Source of the DNA: the human T2T-CHM13v2.0 reference genome, Homo sapiens
Assembly: GCF_009914755.1 (NCBI RefSeq)
Contig: NC_060937.1
Direction: 5' to 3' (one strand)
DNA: 64,000 bases
Shown here one piece after another: positions 37,592-49,560 of the stretch. Position 1 is the first letter of the stretch. Every line of letters begins with the position of its first letter. Below the pieces are notes generated by a model. It was given only the letters and a program-made list of their open reading frames with translations. It had not been told where the DNA came from and did not search any database. Position numbers and translations under genes: made by a program.

Positions 37592-39859
37592 ACCATGATG
37601 ACATCTTGAGTTTTCCAGTTATTCTTAATAGAAATGTTCTGAAAATCCAAGTGCTTACTGTGAGATGCTCAATTCAAAACTGAATCATTACAGGGTTTTA
37701 CTTTTGTTTTCTTTTGTCTTTCCTTTTCATAGAGGAGAGGAAAAATCTGAGCAAGGTAAATAAATGTAGATACAATGGCCAATGAAGAGTGAGAGCCATA
37801 GAGTTGCGGGAGATGAATTTTTAATGATCATTTCCCATATTTTACAAATAAAGACACGAGAGGCCCAGAAACACTGCCCACAAAGGCTCCAGGTCCACAG
37901 CTGGCAGGAAGGAGCCCCCTATGTTTTCTGACCCCATGTCCAGCATACACACCACTACATTACCCTGCCCAGAGGGAAAATATTAGAGAGAGTTAAAAGG
38001 AAGCCTGGACCTTTTCCTACAGGAGTGATCCACCTTAAGATAACATTCAAAACAATGGTTACACTGACATCACCTTCAACATTGTTCCTGTTGCCTGGGA
38101 TTCATGGAGTTGTGACTATTTTGGAGCAAATTTGGAGAAATGTTAATTCACTCTCTCTAGTGTCCTGAAATGGATTGGATGGTGCAGTATGTTGTATTGC
38201 ATGGCTCCTAACCCAATTCCAGGGAGTTTCTTGGGCAGCAAGAGGGCTGAAAGCCAACATTTAATATTTCTGTATCAAATTACATTTGCAGGGTTCATGA
38301 ACATCTCATTTTCTAATTCCATTTCTCACAAAACAAGCCAACATCTGCCTTTTGTTATTTCTATCCCTCATTGTTTTTGAAATATTTGTAGTACATTTTG
38401 AGTAAAACTCCCTTGACAAAAACGCCTGGCAGGCTCGGGCACCGTCATACCCTTGGTGAAAAGCTCATATCTCCCAGCTTCTCGTCATTTCCAATACACC
38501 CATGGGTTTATAAGCACCCATAGGGCAGGATGCTTCCTGAGGCTACATACGGACTTTGACCAAAAGGTGGGACCAAAGATCTCTGGGAATTAAGAAAAAG
38601 AAAGAGTAAACCAGGCAATCTGTGGAAGGAGGTGATCTTACAGGATTAGGTGGGGACAAAGGTGAGAATCTTATTCCCTTTCCTTTTCACACTTTGCCAA
38701 CTTCTTCCTCTCTGTCTTCTATTTTTTATAAAGAGACTGTGAGAAGAGACAAAAGAAGTGCTATTAAGGTGTTTGGGGTTAGGGCCAAAATTAACAAGTA
38801 AAATGAAAGTCCTTCAAAGATGATCTAGAATAAATTCCCCTGTATCCCACTGCTTTAAGGAGGGCAGAAGGAGAGAAGGGAGAATTTGTTCTGTGTCAGT
38901 CAAATGGAAATGGAAGGAAACCCAGCAGATGAAGAAGAGGGCTTCAAGCCACAATTCTTCACCAAGAGTTTGGTGAATCTTCCTATTATTTAGCACAGTG
39001 GCCCCTTTATGAAGGAGATACTTTAGGTCAAATTTTTAATCTATCTTTTCAAAATCTCAAATCAATCCACATTCCTTTGAAACAAGTGAGTCACAATTGC
39101 TGGCTGGGTCATAGGGTAACTGTGGCCTTGAGGCACAGTTGACACAAGCAAAGGCACCCCCCCACACACACACAAAGAGTTGCATAATGTTCCCTCTTAA
39201 GGTCTCATTGCTGCTTCATAAATCCAAGCTAATTCATGTTGCATGGGGTAGAGCATATAATAGAAAATAAGGAAGCACATTTGGAGTCCAAATATTAGAA
39301 TTAAAATTCTGCCCCTGTTGATTTCTAATCAGATAGACTGTAAGTGGCCTGAACATTTCAAGCCTCAGTTTCCTTATTCACAAATGAGAGGAACTTTATG
39401 AGATTTAGTTGAAAATCAAATAGTGACAAATGAAAGCACAACAGGATGCTTAATAGCTGTGAAGGGCAGTGCACATGAAAGGGTCATCATCAACGCCCAG
39501 CTTGTGGCTGACCACTCCTCAGGGGCCAGCTCTTTCCCATGAAAAACCAAGGAGTCCTTGTACTGATTTTTTAAAATTTATGAAACATGAGCTCATTGGG
39601 AAATCTTGAACAAACAGAAGCTTTCCCACTCTTTTAATTCAAAACATTTCTAAAATATTCATTTGGCCCATTTTCTGGCCTTATTAAGTTAAACATAAGG
39701 GACAGAACAGAGTATTGATTTCAGCACTTTCAGGAGTTCCAGGCTTGCTGATCAACACCAGAGACAGGAACAGGGAAGAGGAGGTTGCACTGGGAAGGAG
39801 GCAGAGAAGACACTCGGGTCCAGGGAGACCAAGACACATCCTGTAGACTCATCATGTGT

Positions 39860-40825
39860 CTGTGCACACCCAGTTAGGACGGCGCTGAGTGCCCAATCCC
39901 TTCAAGCCTGCTCCTCTCCTAGTTCTCTCTGATTCAGTCAATGGCAGTTCCCTCTTCCGATAGCTCCAGTGAAGGCCTCGGGAGCCCTCCTGGGCTCTTC
40001 TGTCACACCCTTCACGTTTGCTTCATCAGCACAGTCTTGGGCTTTACGTTGATGTCAAACTGAGAATCCCACTACTCCTCTCCACTTCACTGCCCCACTC
40101 CATCCAAGCTGCCATCCTTTCTCCATGGATTGGTTCAATAGCCTCAAAATGGATCTCCTTACTCTGCCCCCAACCTTCCCATTCCTCTTGAGTTTATTCT
40201 CAACAGGGTACCGAGAGCGATCCTGCTGAAGTGTGTATCAGATCAAGTCAGTCCTCTGTTCAAACTCTCCAAGAGCTTCCCCACTTTAGAAGCAAAAATC
40301 CTTACGATGATCTGCAAGATTCTCCACACTGCGGCCCCTTGTTTTTTCTGTGCCTCGCCTTAATCCCCTCCCCTACCCCTGGCCTCTCTTAACTCTTTTC
40401 TGGCCTCTTCACTGTTCCTTAAACGTACAAGGTAACCTGTTGCCTCGGGGCCTTTGCAGTTGCTGTTCTCTTTCTTGGAATGTTCTTCCCCCAGACACCT
40501 GCAAGGCTGGCTCCCTCATCATCTCCTTTCGGTCTGGATTCAAATGTTACTTTCTCAGTGAAGCCTTTCTTGACCACATGGCCTAAAATAGTAACCTGCT
40601 CTCCACTCTCGCTCTTCCACATATTCTTTCTATAACTGTTTTCTGCTTCATTTGTTATTAGCATTTAGGATTATCTGATATGCTATATATTTGACTTATT
40701 GTTTTATTTTTCTTCCCTATAAAAATATAAGCTCTATGAGAGTAGGAAGCTTACATTTTGTCCAGGACAGTGCCTAACACAAAGTAAGTACTTAATAAAC
40801 AATTTTTAACAGATGAATGATTGAA
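39860..40825 (+). mobile_element. L2 3' portion
   Basis: tcctctgttcaaactctccaa...gcctttgcagttgctgttctc...acagtgcctaacacaaagtaagtacttaataaac...gatgaatga. Confidence 0.8.
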
Positions 40826-40858
40826 ATGACTAAACAAAAATAAAAACCCTGACCACAG

Positions 40859-41147
40859 TTTTTCTTTTTTCTTTTTTTGGAGACAGTATCTCACTCTGTT
40901 ACCTAAGCTAGAGTGCAATCATAGCTCATTGCAGCCTTGATTCCTGAGGCTCCTGTGATTCCTGCCCCCACCTCAGCCTCCAAAGTTGCTGGGGCTACAG
41001 GCATGCACCACCACACCTGGCTAACTTTTATGTAGAGATGTAGTCTCACTGTGTTACCCATACTGATTTCAAATCCTGGCCTCAAGCAATCCTCCAGCCT
41101 CGACCTCCCAAACTGCTGGGATTACAGGCATGAGCCACCACGGGCCC
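40859..41147 (-). mobile_element. AluJ
   Basis: Both arms with J features (atcatagctcattgcagcct); TSD tgac(c/t)acagt. Confidence 0.9.
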
Positions 41148-41169
41148 TTGACTACAGTAGTTTAAACAG

Positions 41170-41500
41170 AGAATAGAAATTTAACACAACTAGAAGTTTC
41201 AGATTAGGCAGTCTAGGGCTCTACAACGATGCCATCAGAGGCCCAGTTTTTTTTTTTTTTGTTTCAGTTTTTTCATTTCATCATACTTAAGTAAGTTTTT
41301 GCCTCATGACTGCAAAATGGCTGCTGCCCCACCAGACAACACATGATCTTTCCAAAGCAGAGGGAAGAAATGGAATGCAAAATAGGAAATGGCAGCATTT
41401 GTATTAGGAAAGCAAAAGCTTTCCCAGAAACTCTCAACTTATATCTCATTAATCAGAACCTTTTGGCATGGCTACCCCTTGCTATAACACTAAACAAAAA
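41170..41500 (-). mobile_element. Old MLT1 (K/L-like) LTR fragment
   Basis: ctcatgactgcaaaatggctgctgcc...cttatatctcattaatcagaacc...catggctaccc. Confidence 0.55.
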
Positions 41501-42239
41501 CTGAATTTTGTTAGTGAGGAATGGACACAGGGCAGGTGGTTCCCAGTATGTGTCATAGAGCATAAGTCTCTGTCACCCTTCAACTTCAGCTCATGCTTCT
41601 CTGCTTGGGATAAGGAGGAGCTTATGAGACCCCAAGTCAAGGGAATGAGTTTGGGGAAGCCTTAGATGTAACCGTTGCTGGAGAGAAAACCTGAGTCCTG
41701 CTCTGGCAGAAGAGCTGTGGAATCGGACACCTACAACACTTTGGCAGCCATGTTCCCAGTGTAGGAATGAAGGTGACCCAGAGGATCATGAAAATGTCCA
41801 GAAAAGGCTCACGTTGTCCTAAGAGACAGTCCCAGCAGCCTTCACTTCTTTGCTTCCAGGTGTTTTGGAGGTCCCACTGCAAATTATTCTAGCTGTGGTG
41901 ACAATGATGCTTTTATTGCATGCCTTGACATACAGGAGAGACACCTGAGTTTAGACTTGGCTCACTGTACCCTCTGAACCAGTGGTTCTCAACAAGGCAA
42001 GATCAGCTTGGAGATTTGACAGCTTCCACCTGCCCCCAACTACAATAACACATAGAGAGCATAGAGCGTCTCCGTGCAAACCCACTCCCTTTTGCCTCAA
42101 GGGAAGAATATTTTCAACATCTCCCCAAGCAATTCTGATACTCAGAGAGGAGTATCTCCTCTGGAGAGGAGGCCCCTCTGTTCTCAACCCAGAAGTTTCA
42201 GTGTCAAGGAGCAAGGTGACAGGGGGTGGCCCTGTTACA

Positions 42240-42582
42240 TTTTTTTCTTTTTTATTGATACATAATATTTTTACATATTTTGGGGCTACATGTGATATTT
42301 TGTTATATGCATAGAGTATGTAATTATCAAGTCAGGACATTTAGGATATCCATCACCTCGAGCATTTATCATTTCAATGTGTTGAGAACATTTTAAGTCC
42401 TCACTTCTAGTTATTTTGAAATATATATTACTGTTATCTATAGTCACCCTTCTATACTATCAAACATGAGAACTTACTGTTTCTATTTAACTGTACATAG
42501 TACCCACTAACCAATATCTCATCACCTGCCTGCCACCCTCCCACCGCCCTACTCCATCCTTCCAAGCCTCTAGTAACTATCA
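42240..42582 (-). mobile_element. L1MA 3' end
   Basis: ttttattgatacataatattttacatatt...atccatcacctcgagcatttatcattt...cctctagtaactatca. Confidence 0.88.
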
Positions 42583-43229
42583 GTGTCAGGAACAAGGACT
42601 TGGCCCACTTATGGTGTGACTGTAGACCTGCACCTCCCAGCCACCATCCTGTCCCAAGACAAAGGCGAACACGTTTGCAAGCTGCAGAGGCCACCCAGGA
42701 ATGGGCTGTGTGCAGACTCAGAGCTTTGCTAGCCCAAAACATTAATGCTTGCCACAGAGCCCTGGGTGGGAAAGCAGTCACTGGACTTCTTTATTCAGTT
42801 CCTTTTTCTTTGCTGAAAGGCCGGAATCCAAGACTTAGAGACAAAGTCTGTTCCCTTTGGGACTCTTGTATGAGGGGCCTACAGCCCTTCTTCAGAGAGG
42901 AGGAGATCTGTGCCCTGTGTTTGCTATAATTATAATGACAGGAAGCCAAGAACTTCGGCCTCCTCCCCCAGTGTTCCCACTATGCTGAGGATGGAGGAAG
43001 GGACCCCAGTTTATTCACCTCTTCAGAGACCACTTCTCAGGCTGCCCTGGGAGACATCCTTGTCTTTGCAACTCCAAGCCAGTTATGGGCAACAGAAGCC
43101 CAGCTTGTGTGTTGGTTTGTGGGGAAAAGGAAAGGTGGGGACCTACATGCTGTGATTGTAACATCTAGAAGCCTTGAGAAAGGTCTCAAAACCTGTCATA
43201 AAAGGGTTGGTGGAAAGGCCTGAGAGTTT

Positions 43230-43540
43230 GACATGAGAGAAGATTGAGGGCATCTAATAAGGGACTCCAAATATTTGAAAGAAAAATTAGGCATATTCTT
43301 CAAAGTATCAGCAGGAAAAGCAAAGAAGTTGTTACAAGAAGTTGCACAGGTGTTTTCTTTCTTTTCTTTTAATCAGCAAGAGCTGTAAGACAATGGGACA
43401 GATTTCCCCTGAAGGTAGTGAGTTTCCTGACTCTGGATGTGTCCGAGCAGAGCCTTATCTAGCAGGCATGTTGCTGAGTGGACTCTCATTTGGTGGAGGC
43501 AAAGGCTGGATGTCCTCTTCCAGCCTTGAGATTCCTTAAA
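43230..43540 (+). mobile_element. L3/CR1 3' relic
   Basis: aggtagtgagtttcctgactctggatgtgtccgagcagag...cttccagccttgagattc. Confidence 0.55.
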
Positions 43541-45842
43541 GGTGTGATATCCCCTTTGCCCACCTGCATGTGACCCAGGGCTCAGTGTCTATCACTGCAG
43601 ATGGCAGATCTCTTCCTCTTTCACACATTGCCCTTTGAGGGAACAAACATTAACAATTCTCACCACAGTGTGAATGCTTCAAAATTTTTTCTTCTGTGAC
43701 AGTGGCAGTGACTCAGGGGAACTTGGCTGAGCTTCAGCTCACTCCTATCTCAGTCAACTCTTACAGATTAGTTGATAGTCTCAGTAAAGCCAGTATAGTT
43801 ACTTGCTCAGCAGGCTGGTTTCAGGACAAGTTCTCTAGCTCTTACAAAACAGATTTCTGATATCTCCGATGGAATGTTGATTCAGCAGGTCTGGGGTAGA
43901 GTTGTAAAAGTGCTCCCAAGTGATTCTCATAGTCATGTTTGAGAACACTTTCCTAAGCTTTTCCTCAACCAAATCCCTAAAGATCCACTGGGAAGAATTA
44001 TTTTGGCCTTATTTTATCAAGCTCGAATCAACAGGCACTATGCCCCATAAGGATGGCTAAATTTTTTCAATTCTTTCTACACAATGTTCACCTGGGATTT
44101 GAAACTAATGTACATGTTTCACTGGATGGTCATTGTTTGTTTGTACATCCTCCTTCCCTCCTGTCCCAGCCCCTACAATGCTCTAGCTCTGCCAGGGCCA
44201 GAGCTATGTCTTTCTTCTCGGCATTTCCTGCATCCAGCACAAAACTAGGCATAAACCAAGTGTTCAATATTTGAGGAAAGCAGAAGCGAAGATGGGAAGG
44301 CAGGATATGCTTGTCCAAAGGATCATGTCAGTTTCAACAAAGATTGCTTGAGTCCTGTGCAAAAAATGCAAGGGACAGAGCGGGTTGGGAGTGGTTCTGT
44401 ACTTGTGCATGTGAAATGGGGACTGAGTGTTACTAATTTGTTTCTATGTCTCTCCAAAATCGTAAGGCCTCCCAGTGCTAAGAGTGCAATTCACCACTCT
44501 TGACTGTCCTCAACCTCTTCAGCATGTATTTGAGTGTTTATACCGCTCCTCATAAAGATAGCTGCTGCTATCCTGACTGCAGATTTTTCTAAAGTCATTC
44601 ACTTGCACTTTTATTTTAGTAAAAACCATGAGTACCTTGAGATGAATACATTATGGAGACAACTGTCATCACGACCACATGTGGTATTATTTACTCATGT
44701 CAGTTTGAATGATTAATGTGGAAAAATGGCTGGGCAGCTAATATGATTGAGGGCTGGATAGGACAATGTCTGTGTGATTTCAAACAATGCCCATACTGTG
44801 CGTGGCGAGTCGCAGAAACATGAATAGCTGGCACTACTCCCTCCTCTCTCTGCCGACTCCCTTTCTTGGCTGGATTCTCCCTCAAACTCCCCACCCCCAG
44901 AGACTCCAATTTTCCATCTACAGCCAAGGAGGAGAAAGCAGGGACCCTTTAAACTTTAGCAGCCTGGGGGTTATGTGTGGTGTCAGCCATCTGGCTGATG
45001 TCATTGGTGACTCCTCAGCCAGCCAGAGGGCAGAGGAGACTCACGAGGCCTTGAAAGAGAATCCAGGATTGTTGGCTGGTCTTTGCTTCCTTTAATGAGT
45101 GGCTACATAGACAATGTCATAAACCAAATGACGGTTTATTCTTCAGAGAAGCATCGTTGCAGTGGAAGAGTTTGGATGAGAACAAGGCGCTACAAATCAA
45201 TCAGGGATTTGTTCTGTAGGCCTGTCAGGTCTATAAATAGCTAGACTCCTGCTTACCAAGTAGTGGATGGATGTACATCTCCAGGTAATAAGAATTTTCT
45301 GTGTTCTTTTTCTTGTGGCAAGCCTGAGAGACCACAGGATGAAAGCTTTTCTCAGCCTCCATTGTCACTGCTACCCCTGCGATTGTTAGTTGCCTCCCTT
45401 TGACTGAGATGTTGGGGTGGAGAGCTTGCTAGATCCATGCTAAATGCCTTGAATGTGTTGCCTCATTTAAACATCAAAGTTGATGAAAAAACTGAGGTTC
45501 AGGGGGTTGAAATAACCAGTTTGAGGTCACACTGTGGTGAGTGACCCAGTGGAACTGGAATCCAGGGCTGTCTGGCCCTAGAACCTGAGCTGGTCACACA
45601 TCCGCCTTGTGTGTCATCAGCTTTAATCCCTTTCTTTTGGCTTTGTGGTGTGTGTGGGAGGAAGGGCTCACTGTTAAGAGAGGAAAGTAGAGGGAGTGAC
45701 AGAGGACACCCCCCTTCAGGCTGCCTACTACAGAGTGACCCCCAGGCCCGGGGGTGGGAGGGATGGTGGGCAGGCAGGCTAACAAACGAAAGAGACAGTG
45801 AAAGAGACTGTGGCTTTTTCCTTCTGGGTTACAAATCATGGT

Positions 45843-45891
45843 GCCAATCTCAGCAATTTTGGTTGGGGAGGGTTCTTTTCCGTGACGTCAC
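45843..45891. promoter_or_regulatory. Candidate CCAAT box plus perfect CRE
   Basis: gccaatc at 45843 and the palindrome GTGACGTCAC at 45882-45891 in non-repeat DNA. Confidence 0.35.
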
Positions 45892-46961
45892 TTCAGCTTC
45901 GAGGCACAAGTTGGCTAGTGCATAAGATACAATGAGAGATTCAGCCAACATGGAAAACTGTGAATGTCTCCTAGAAGTGTTACTGCTTTGATCCTTGTGA
46001 AGAAGTTCCCTCACCTTTTAAGAGGGTCCTCATGCCAATGTGGGGCACTTGGGGCTCACATTTGGCCATGGCTATGCTGCCCTTGGGGTCCTTAGTCCTT
46101 GGTTCAGATGGCTGTCAGGCTTTTCCCGACTCCTATGGAATAACCCTGTGCACAACACTTGAGGACATGATGACAAGTTTTCTGCAGAGTGCTGACACCA
46201 CCAGCCCCTTGTGTGTGGTCTGCGATATGGTGTCAGACAAGACCTGAAATCAGATTGAGCAGCTTGTTTTCTTACAACATGGAAAAGCTGTCTTTCACAC
46301 CAGTAGACACCAAGAAACAAAAAGCAAGACTATGATCCTGTCTGAGAAATTTGTAAAAATGTTCAAGCAGGGGTGTTAAAGAAAACCAGAATGGAGTGAC
46401 AATGTGGGATCTAAACATTTGACCTGTGACACTAACTTTTATTTTTTTCATTCCTATTATTTTGGAGTTGCTCATTTTTGAAATTCCTGTCTCCTTCCTG
46501 TTCTGATTTTTGATCCAGCATTAGTCATTTTGACCCATAATAATCTCACACCACATTGCATCAGTATTTTCCTATCTTTATTCTACTTTGGGGATGGGGC
46601 AGGAATCCATGTATACCTTATAAAAGAAAAATGATTTTGTAATTATTTCTTTTCACTAAAATGTTCTGGCTAGAACTACCTGATTTGACCTCCATTCTTT
46701 TTGATGTCACCTGACTTGAAGACAGCCCCAGGGACAGGCACCAGATAGTAAGGGATGGAGGCATAAATGGCCACTGGAACTCCACAGTACCAGTCAGAGC
46801 ATCAATTGAGCCAGCATCCCAGGCTCTTTACTCTCGATAAAATTTTAGACGAAATGTTAACTAGTAATGTGACCACATCTATGAATGCCAGTGATCTATT
46901 TGGATTGGATAGTAGGACTTGTTTCAAACTGTGCTACAGCATCTTCTACCCATGATTTGAA

Positions 46962-47140
46962 TGTGGTGTTTTTCAAAAAATGTCATTGCAGGAGACATTT
47001 AGAGTGCTAATAAAAATGCAGATTCCTGGTCCCTACTCTAAACCTACTCAATATGACCCTCTGCAGATGGGCCCAGGGATATGTATTTTTTTAAAAGCCC
47101 TGAAAGTGATTCTTGGGCATACTGAAGTAAAAAACTACTG
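46962..47140. mobile_element. MER5A
   Basis: aaaaatgcagattcctggtccctactc...gggcccagggatatgtattttt...gtgattct...actactg. Confidence 0.8.
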
Positions 47141-47405
47141 GTTTAGACTTAAGGTGACTTAAGCAACACTTTTGTAGTTCTGCATAGTCAACATTAGTGA
47201 TTAGGAAAGGTTCAGATGTCCTGAGAACTGGCATTCATCTACTCATTCATTTTGCAAATCTTTATTGAATACTTTCTGATATTCAGTCTTGAAAGGAGAA
47301 GACAAGTGTGTGTCTAGGATAGTGGTTCTCAAACTTGTGTATACGTCAGCATCGTGGGGAGCTTTATAAGAATAAATAGTCTCTCTCTAAAACAAACAAA
47401 TACAA

Positions 47406-47410
<5 letters not shown>

Positions 47411-47488
<78 letters not shown>
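47411..47488. repeat. Compound microsatellite (TC)18(AC)21 inside a MER5 copy (about 47321-47560)
   Basis: Direct reading; flanks agtggttctcaaactt and ggtgattctgatatgcag. Confidence 0.95.
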
Positions 47489-47491
<3 letters not shown>

Positions 47492-49129
47492 GCCTTTGCA
47501 GGTCTGGGATGAGACCACTACATATTTGAGATGGTGATTCTGATATGCAGTCAGCATTAAGGAAACATTTTATTAGAGAAACTCTCTGTGCACCAAAATA
47601 CCAAGTGAACAGACTTTTTTAGAGAAAGACTTTCCTATAATTGTGGGAAAAGCATGTGGCACATGACTTCATCTTGAGCAAAATCAATTATAGCTTCCTT
47701 GCAGATAATATTGGTCTTACACAAAACTAAGTAGCGAGGGTGTTAGAGAGAAGGTGGGTGAATCATTTCAAGAGGGGCCACCATGAGCCCCAAAGGGCCT
47801 ATTGAGGCATGTTTGAAAGACAATGGGAATATCTATTTAGTTAGATGGAAGAGATACAAATTGTCATGTTTTGGTTGGTGTAAAAATACTACCATCCTCG
47901 TGATTTAATAATATTCATTGTACTTCTGCCACTATATGTAGTACTATCTGTGTTCACAAAATGGAAATAATTGCAACAGATATAATGGTAGCAAATTTTA
48001 ATCAAACTTCCAAATAGAATTATTGGTTCAGTGAAATATAAGTTTCAAGCTTTTTTTCTAGAAACTTTGGAACACACGGGGAAAAATCACCCAGTCTTAC
48101 CATTCAGAAATGATTATAATTAGCATTTTCATAGATAACCATTTTTTCTCAATTGATGTTATACTGTGATCATTTTCATTTTATTAAACATGATGCCTGA
48201 AAATTACTTTCAAATGATTCAGCAGAGAAAGATAGAAAGAATGAGATAAAGCAGATTTGTAAGATTTTAACAATTAATAAGACTAGGTGAAAAGGGTACA
48301 TTATATTATTTCAGCTTCTTGGTAGGTTTGAAATTTTCAAAATAAAAAGTTTTTTTAAAAATTTGAAATTTTCAAAAAAATAGGAGAAATCTATTCAGTG
48401 CAAGAAGTAGACAAGCAACAGGGTGGATTACTCTAAACATCATGTGGTTAAAGTCTGGAACTAAAGATAGTTTTTAAATACTTAGAAAACTAGCAAATCA
48501 AAAAATTATAATCTATTATGATTTAGTGGGGAAATTTAGCTGTAGGGATTATGATTCTACATTTTTTATCAGTATTCATGCAATAGCCCCAGTGGGCCTT
48601 CTTATTTTTATCTGTCATCTTACTGACATTGTCAATGAACTGAGAGTCATGGTTTCAAATGTACACCATTAAATAATGGTGCCTGGCTGTGATCAAAACA
48701 ACAAAGGCCAAAAGACTTTTAAATAAAAGAGTCATCTGGTTGCAAACTAAATAAAGCCAGTGGGGAGCATGCAGACACACACTCTCTCTCTCTCTCCAGA
48801 AACATGATTTTTCCCCCAATGGGCACACTTTAATTCTTCTGTGGAATAATATAAAATGTAAATAGATAGCCCATATTATAATTTATTATCCCACTATTAG
48901 TCAAGTTGATTGAGTCCAATTTTTAGTTTTATAAATAATACCATGATTTTTTTTCTAATTTCAACATTCCTTAGGACAGACATCTAGAAATGAATACTAC
49001 ATGTGGTATTGAAAGTTGGCTTAGCTCTGCTTTTCCCACTGTCAATGACAAAGAGAAAGGGTGAGTCTATGTCACTAGAAAAGCATGAATGCATCTTTTG
49101 GCCAGACTCTGACCCCACACCATGGGGGT

Positions 49130-49560
49130 AGTTAGTTTGGGTTGAAGTAAGCTGCTATAACAAAGAGACCCTAGGGTATAGTGGCTTAAATAAGTTGGAA
49201 ACTTTTTTCTTTCTCACTTTACCACTCAGGTGTGAATGGTTCAGAGCTGATGGGGAGGCACTACTGACATCCTCAACAAATGGCTTCCATTTCTGTATCC
49301 AAAGTGACAATGCTTGTTCTTGCTGTTTTACAGACACTGGGAAGGGATAAATGATCTGGAGAATGTATGCCCAATTGTTTGAAGGGCAAGACCCACAAGT
49401 GGAGTACATCATTGCAGGTCACATCTCATTGGTCAGAATCTAGTCATTGGTTTTATCTAGCTACAGAGCTGATAGAAAATGAAGTAGTTACCTGGACAGC
49501 CATGGGCTCAACTAAAACCGGGAGAAGAGATCTGGGAGCACAATGAATGGATCTGCCTCA
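49130..49560 (-). mobile_element. Old MLT1 (I/J-like) LTR
   Basis: agctgctataacaaa...agtggcttaaataag...cacatctcattggtcagaatctagtca. Confidence 0.7.

Noticed and set aside
43590-43610. CTCF-like actgcagatggcag (also tattagaaggcgctg near 55620)
   Set aside because: 5' part of the motif mismatched; the second lies in a MER3 terminus; not supportable without ChIP data
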